Source: Methanomicrobia archaeon
GTDB taxonomy: Archaea > Halobacteriota > Bog-38 > Methanoflorentales > Methanoflorentaceae
Length of the DNA: 64,000 bases
Direction: 5' to 3'
NCBI GenBank assembly: GCA_015661395.1
Contig: JACWML010000002.1
Coordinates: 9,630-73,629, forward strand
Below are positions 59,538-64,000 of the stretch, piece after piece. The notes under the pieces were generated by a model. It saw only the letters and a list, made by a program, of their open reading frames with translations. It was not told where the DNA came from and searched no databases. Position numbers and translations under genes: made by a program. Positions within the stretch are counted from its first letter, which is position 1, and every line of letters begins with the position of its first letter.

Positions 59538-60128
59538 TTGCCGTATAGGGTTATGGCGGAAACCGAAGCTGGCATAACTGAGTTTCGCGTTACGCTGCGC
59601 GACCACGAGCGCCGTCAGCCACAGCTGTCTAGAGTCCAGCAGCTGATCAAAGATCGCATTCACCAGTCGGCGGACTTGAGCGACACCTACTACGCCCCGT
59701 TGGACGCCTATGCCGAGCTCGAAGCGACGTGGTCGGCTGCAGACGGAACGCTCAGGGTGGTGAAAACGATCCCTGCGGATGCTGTGGCCGTGCTCCACTG
59801 CAGCACCTACGTGAAGCGTTTTGACTACGCGAGAGAAGAGCTCAACATCAAGTCGATTATACTGAGCAAAGGGTACGACATCGGCGTTTGTACGGGGCGA
59901 AGCTTTGTCAAATACTACTGCAGCGATCTCATCTACATGGACCGCTTTTTCAGCTACCGCTTTGGGGACAGGAAGTACTGGTTCATCTGCTATCTGAGCT
60001 CTCTCGACGATGCTGAACTCATCAGCGACAAGTTCTCTGAGCTTTTTGGCGCACGTCGCGGGCCTAAGGTGTTTGCGTGGCTCGAAGAAGAGCTCAGCTT
60101 GGGAAGGGCTCGCAGATATTACGCGTGA
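59538..60128 (+). CDS. hypothetical protein (196 aa; start may be the ATG at 59553)
   Basis: It is a long ORF with coding-like composition. No motif was recognised. Confidence 0.5.
   Translation: MPYRVMAETEAGITEFRVTLRDHERRQPQLSRVQQLIKDRIHQSADLSDTYYAPLDAYAELEATWSAADGTLRVVKTIPADAVAVLHCSTYVKRFDYAREELNIKSIILSKGYDIGVCTGRSFVKYYCSDLIYMDRFFSYRFGDRKYWFICYLSSLDDAELISDKFSELFGARRGPKVFAWLEEELSLGRARRYYA
59979..59999 (+). repeat. 21-nt direct repeat copy 1 (tggttcatctgctatCtgagc)
   Basis: It matches 61598-61618 at 20 of 21 positions, 1,619 nt away on the same strand. Confidence 0.7.
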
Positions 60129-60371
60129 CCCGAAGGTGCCTGTTGCAGAGCTGTAGCCGGCGGGACAACCTTATAGTCCGGACGCTGTGGTGCACTGGTC
60201 GCCGGACTGGCGGCAAAAACAGGCGTGGCTTTTGATTTGGGCAGGTCTCCGCCTATGTCGATGGAACGGCCTTAGTTAACTTCGCGCGACGCAGCGGAGG
60301 CGTCGAACGCAGGTTCGCTTTAAATAGACGGCTCGCCACATTTTTATGGACGAACTTGATTGGTGATATGT

Positions 60372-60839
60372 ATGGACGACTGGAAAAAAAGACTCGATGA
60401 CCTCTTTCAAAAGAAGGCAGCCTACGAACAAAAATTGGTCGAAGACAGACAGAGAGCTGCCACCGCACACGCCCAGCAATTCTCACTCGTTGCGGCACTC
60501 TTCGATTCGACGATCAATCCGGCATTTGAAGCGGTACGGTCGGAACTGATGAAACACGGATCCGAACCAAACATCGTTCTCGCGCATCCGTCAGCCAGAG
60601 CCGGTTCCCGACTGGCCAGTGCAATTGAGATCGACGAGGGGTTGACCCGGTTCGGTTATGAGATTTATGCCTTGATCTCCCCGACGGGGTACAGCTTGAA
60701 TACGCGCGCACAGATAGACAACTACGAAACCGCCCGGCACGACCTCACGCAAAGCCTCCTACCTAACACAATTTCAAAAGGCGACATTATCAATGACGTC
60801 GTCGATCGGTACGTGAAGGCCATAATACCACAGGTATAG
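60372..60839 (+). CDS. hypothetical protein (155 aa)
   Basis: The ATG at 60372 lies 4 nt after GGTGAT. The sequence begins MDDWKKRLDDLFQKKAAYEQKL... No motif was recognised. Confidence 0.5.
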   Translation: MDDWKKRLDDLFQKKAAYEQKLVEDRQRAATAHAQQFSLVAALFDSTINPAFEAVRSELMKHGSEPNIVLAHPSARAGSRLASAIEIDEGLTRFGYEIYALISPTGYSLNTRAQIDNYETARHDLTQSLLPNTISKGDIINDVVDRYVKAIIPQV

Positions 60840-60976
60840 CGGTGCATCCCCCCGCACCCGGCCGCTTGAACGGACGAATCCGTGCCGTTGCTGCCGAGAG
60901 GCTGCGGCTGAGCAGTAGAGCGTGGGACTGACGAGCAGAAGGCCAAAACACTCGTTGTAACGGGTACACACACCCC

Positions 60977-61558
60977 ATGACTGATGCGGCAAGAAATAAG
61001 TGGAATTCAGAGTCCGGCCCCGTAACGGTCGTGATCAGGCGCAGAATCAAATCGGGCTTTGCTCAGGCATATGAGGCGCTAGAAAAAGAGATCTCAACCG
61101 ATGCTGCTGCACAAGCAGGGTATCTTGGCTCAACTTTTTTGCGCCCGGAAGGCGGCACTGACCGAGACTTTGTGACAATCGTTCGGTTCGATAGCTACGA
61201 GAGCATGATGCAATGGGAGCACTCCGCAGCCGGCAAGGCCTTGATCGACCGCGCTGATGCTATGAGCGAAACTCCGGCCAACATCCGCAGATCCGCGGGA
61301 TTGTCTTTCTGGTTTACTTCGCGGCATCCTTCGTCTCCGTCACGCTGGAAGATGGTGCTGCTACTCACCGTGAGCATCTTCATATTGGCTGAGATTATGA
61401 CACCTCTCCTTAATCCTGCTCTTGGTCTCTTGCCACAGCCCCTTGCGCTGTTTATTTCTTTGGGAATACAGATTGCCCTGCTTACGTATTTTGTGTTGCC
61501 GTGGCTCACTACATTACTCGCGAAATGGCTTTACGACGTGCCACAATCCAAGGGATAA
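60977..61558 (+). CDS. ABM (antibiotic biosynthesis monooxygenase-like) domain protein with C-terminal membrane helices
   Basis: The N-terminal ferredoxin-like ABM pattern reads VTVVIRRRIKSG..FVTIVRFDSYESMMQWEHS. Two C-terminal TM helices follow. Confidence 0.5.
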   Translation: MTDAARNKWNSESGPVTVVIRRRIKSGFAQAYEALEKEISTDAAAQAGYLGSTFLRPEGGTDRDFVTIVRFDSYESMMQWEHSAAGKALIDRADAMSETPANIRRSAGLSFWFTSRHPSSPSRWKMVLLLTVSIFILAEIMTPLLNPALGLLPQPLALFISLGIQIALLTYFVLPWLTTLLAKWLYDVPQSKG

Positions 61559-61596
61559 GCAGCGTTGAAATGCGCGGCGGTAACTGATGTTTAATA

Positions 61597-62730
61597 TTGG
61601 TTCATCTGCTATTTGAGCCCCTCACCGAGCTGGACAAGCAGGGACACAAGATGGCCATCGCCTACGTGCTTGGCAAGTTTGCCGAACACAGCAGCGACTT
61701 CAGCTGGATTGAGGTCATCGAGGGTGGCCTGTTTGAGTACTTCGAGCGCCTCACCCTTACCGACTTAAAACCCCAAATCTTCGAGAGGATCAAGGAAAAC
61801 GATGAGACGTTTAACGAGCTGAAGACAGAGGTCTACGCGCGCTTTAAGCCCCTTACCTCTGATCTAAACGGGCTCGACAAACGGTTTGAAGCGTACCTGT
61901 TGGGACCACCGGACACCGTCAGCAGGAAGGTGCTCGAGGCGGCCCACTTCTACGCGACCAAGTGGGAGTTTGACATCATCGAACGCGAGAATGCGAGCGA
62001 TTACGAGATTGACGAGATTCGGCGGGGATTGCAGAGGCGCCAAGAGGCACTCGCTGACGTCGAAGGACTGCGCCACCTCGCCCTTTTCCCGACGTATCGG
62101 AGCTTCGTCGATTTGTGCGGGCGCCTGCGTTTTCAAGTACGATGGGGGCAGCTCTACCGAGTCCCGCGGACCTCCGTGCTCGGCCACATGCTCATCGTGG
62201 CGATCCTCTCGTATCTGTTCTCACTCGAAATAGGCGCGTGTCCGAAACGCCGCACCAACAACCACTTCACCGGGCTGTTCCACGACCTGCCCAAAGTCCT
62301 CACCAAGGACATCATCAGCCCCGTGAAGAGGGCGGCCACGGGCCTCGACCGCTTTGTGAAGAACTTTGAAAGGGAAGAGATGGAGCGCAGAATTTATAGG
62401 CCAGAGCTCATCCCAAAGGCGTGGCAACCAGAGATGCGCATGTTTACGGAGGACGAGTTTGTCTCAAAGGTGACAATCGACGGGCAGGTGCGCCACACAA
62501 CCTCTGACGCGATAACCGCGTCGTATAACGACGAACGCTACAATCCGGTCGACGGCGAGCTCGTCAAAGCTGCTGATGACCTTGCCGCGTTTATGGAAGC
62601 CTACTTAGCGCTGCAAAACGGCATTTCGAATGCACAACTGGAGACCGCCGTACAAGATAAGAGACGGTTCTATCGCAATAAGACGATTGCTGGCATTAGC
62701 TTCGACAAGGTGTACGCCTCATTTTGTTAG
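61597..62730 (+). CDS. HD-domain phosphohydrolase (YfbR-like core) with long N- and C-terminal extensions
   Basis: PRTSVLGHMLIVAIL...NNHFTGLFHDLPKVLTKDIISPVK fits the H..HD..D metal-site pattern. The TTG start coincides with repeat copy 2. An alternative ATG is at 61651. Confidence 0.55.
   Translation: MVHLLFEPLTELDKQGHKMAIAYVLGKFAEHSSDFSWIEVIEGGLFEYFERLTLTDLKPQIFERIKENDETFNELKTEVYARFKPLTSDLNGLDKRFEAYLLGPPDTVSRKVLEAAHFYATKWEFDIIERENASDYEIDEIRRGLQRRQEALADVEGLRHLALFPTYRSFVDLCGRLRFQVRWGQLYRVPRTSVLGHMLIVAILSYLFSLEIGACPKRRTNNHFTGLFHDLPKVLTKDIISPVKRAATGLDRFVKNFEREEMERRIYRPELIPKAWQPEMRMFTEDEFVSKVTIDGQVRHTTSDAITASYNDERYNPVDGELVKAADDLAAFMEAYLALQNGISNAQLETAVQDKRRFYRNKTIAGISFDKVYASFC
61598..61618 (+). 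repeat. 21-nt direct repeat copy 2 (tggttcatctgctatTtgagc)
   Basis: See copy 1 at 59979-59999. Confidence 0.7.
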
Positions 62731-62847
62731 TAGAGCGTGTGAGCAGCTTCTCACCTCGACCACATCTCTGCGCCCATTCTGTAACCTCATAGTCTATGCA
62801 TAAAGCGGGTCACTGACGCTGTAACTTAGATAAAGACCAGACACCTT

Positions 62848-63297
62848 ATGCATGACTCGTACTACTGTGAGGGCGATGCCGTGCCAGAGGAGGAAATAGA
62901 TGCGAACCTTGTGCCTCTCGTCAAAGTGCTCAACAGCCTTCCGTGCGTCACCACGGTGTGCTGCTGTGGTGGACATCCCGGCGAACGTGACCACGGGAAG
63001 TGGCCAGAAGGAACCTGGTATGTCACGTTAGAGATTGCACAAAAAGAGCAGGGATGGAGCACGCTCGCGTTTCTTGGATGGGCGATCAACCGCGAGTATC
63101 GTAAGGCAGGGCATCACGTCTTCTTTTATCCAGACGCATTGCCGCCACGCGCTGTCGGCGGTGAGACCACACTCGGTTTCCAGCTGGAGGGATACCGATA
63201 TGAGCGTCCTGAAGATCTCGCGAGCTGGATAACGAAGATGCGACACAGCGACGACAGCTTTGCACGTAGTGCACAGGGAAAAGCGCTGCGTAACTAG
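62848..63297 (+). CDS. hypothetical protein (149 aa, Cys/His cluster VCCCGGHPGERDHG)
   Basis: It has an ATG start and coding-like composition. No family was recognised. Confidence 0.45.
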   Translation: MHDSYYCEGDAVPEEEIDANLVPLVKVLNSLPCVTTVCCCGGHPGERDHGKWPEGTWYVTLEIAQKEQGWSTLAFLGWAINREYRKAGHHVFFYPDALPPRAVGGETTLGFQLEGYRYERPEDLASWITKMRHSDDSFARSAQGKALRN

Positions 63298-63688
63298 GAA
63301 TCAAGTTCGTGCTTACGAGGTCGTGAACGTCATATTGGCTCTGCAATAACCTTTGGAAGGCGCTCCGTTTTTCAGGCTCTTTTTGACGTCTGACGCATAT
63401 ACAGCCGTCCGGAGCAGTGCGACGGGCAAAAAAATGCTAGTAGATTCCCACCGTGGGCATGATGGTTCGTTTCGGGGCTTTCCATCAAGCAGCAGGTGTT
63501 TCTTTTTGATGATTTACGCTCATATAACCCTTCTTTTTCGAGATGCCACAGAATCCATGGTCATTGCATAATAGAACGGCACGTCAAAAAAATAAAAGAG
63601 CAGTTCACCCACGAAAAATGAGGTTCGCTAGTGTTAGGGCCGGCAAAGCTACTTAATCATTCAAAAGTAACTCTATGCGGTGATATGA

Positions 63689-63985
63689 TTGGCTGAAAAA
63701 GAACGCATCTTTGTCGCACCGAATGCATTTTTGTATCACGACAAGAAAAACTACACCATCGAAGTGGAACTTCCCGGGGCAGACAAGAAGGACATCAAAG
63801 TTGAAGCTGGGGAGAACGGGTTTTGTCTCTCGGCGCCTCGAGACGATATCGAGTATGCCGGCTGCTGGACACTCTCCCATACGATAAATCCGGAAAGGGC
63901 AACGGCCACGTTCGAAAATGGGCTCCTGAAGGTGACCATACCGCTCTCGGAACGGCTTGAGGGCGTCAAGGTACCCATAAAATAG
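63689..63985 (+). CDS. small heat shock protein (Hsp20/alpha-crystallin domain), short form
   Basis: Family-matching segments are YTIEVELPGADKKDIKVEAGENGFCLSA and ATFENGLLKVTIP. A C-terminal V-P-I (IxI-like) motif is present. The start is TTG. Confidence 0.7.
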   Translation: MAEKERIFVAPNAFLYHDKKNYTIEVELPGADKKDIKVEAGENGFCLSAPRDDIEYAGCWTLSHTINPERATATFENGLLKVTIPLSERLEGVKVPIK

Positions 63986-64000
63986 TCCAGCGTATTCGTT

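Overview
This window is a euryarchaeal chromosomal segment of about 60 densely packed genes, mostly housekeeping. All family calls come from motifs read by eye in the supplied translations. No BLAST, HMM or covariance search was possible.

**Archaeal hallmarks**
- The exosome/proteasome/RNase P superoperon spans 23.1-30.1 kb.
- Other hallmark genes are a thermosome, GatD/GatE, TiaS, pantoate kinase plus CoaBC, QueC/QueE, MptE, an Sm protein, IleS and amt-glnK.
- A truncated Ftr (formylmethanofuran:H4MPT formyltransferase) N-terminus lies at the left edge. Together with MptE it points to an H4MPT-using, methanogen-like lineage. The exact taxon cannot be determined from this window.

**Translation and operon signals**
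- Many starts follow a strong GGAGGTGA-type Shine-Dalgarno sequence.
- Many neighbouring genes are coupled by ATGA, GTGA or TAATG stop/start overlaps.

**Not found by eye**
- I found no rRNA, tRNA, CRISPR array or intact mobile element.

**Non-routine observations**
1. Three genes are disrupted by frameshifts: a TMEM175-like channel, a TrmB-like regulator and NikR.
2. The first 10 kb also contains several ORF-poor stretches.
3. A GC-rich, ORF-free segment of about 360 nt (274-634) has a terminal helix and an oligo-T end. It is a candidate structured RNA of unassigned class.
4. Two paralogous cupredoxin lipoproteins sit next to a membrane-anchored PQQ-type sugar dehydrogenase.
5. rpoP (52 aa) is missing from the ORF track.
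6. A GGAA-N6-TTCC operator of NrpR type lies at the predicted amt-glnK transcription start.
7. A lower-GC islet at 35.8-39.4 kb includes a winged-helix gene followed by a Mut7-C gene.
8. queC-queE is translationally coupled to a membrane protein with a bPH2 domain.
9. A block of uncharacterised genes at 59.5-63.3 kb is bracketed by a 21-nt direct repeat.

I cannot demonstrate a clear-cut novel multi-gene system. Items 3, 4, 8 and 9 are the best leads.
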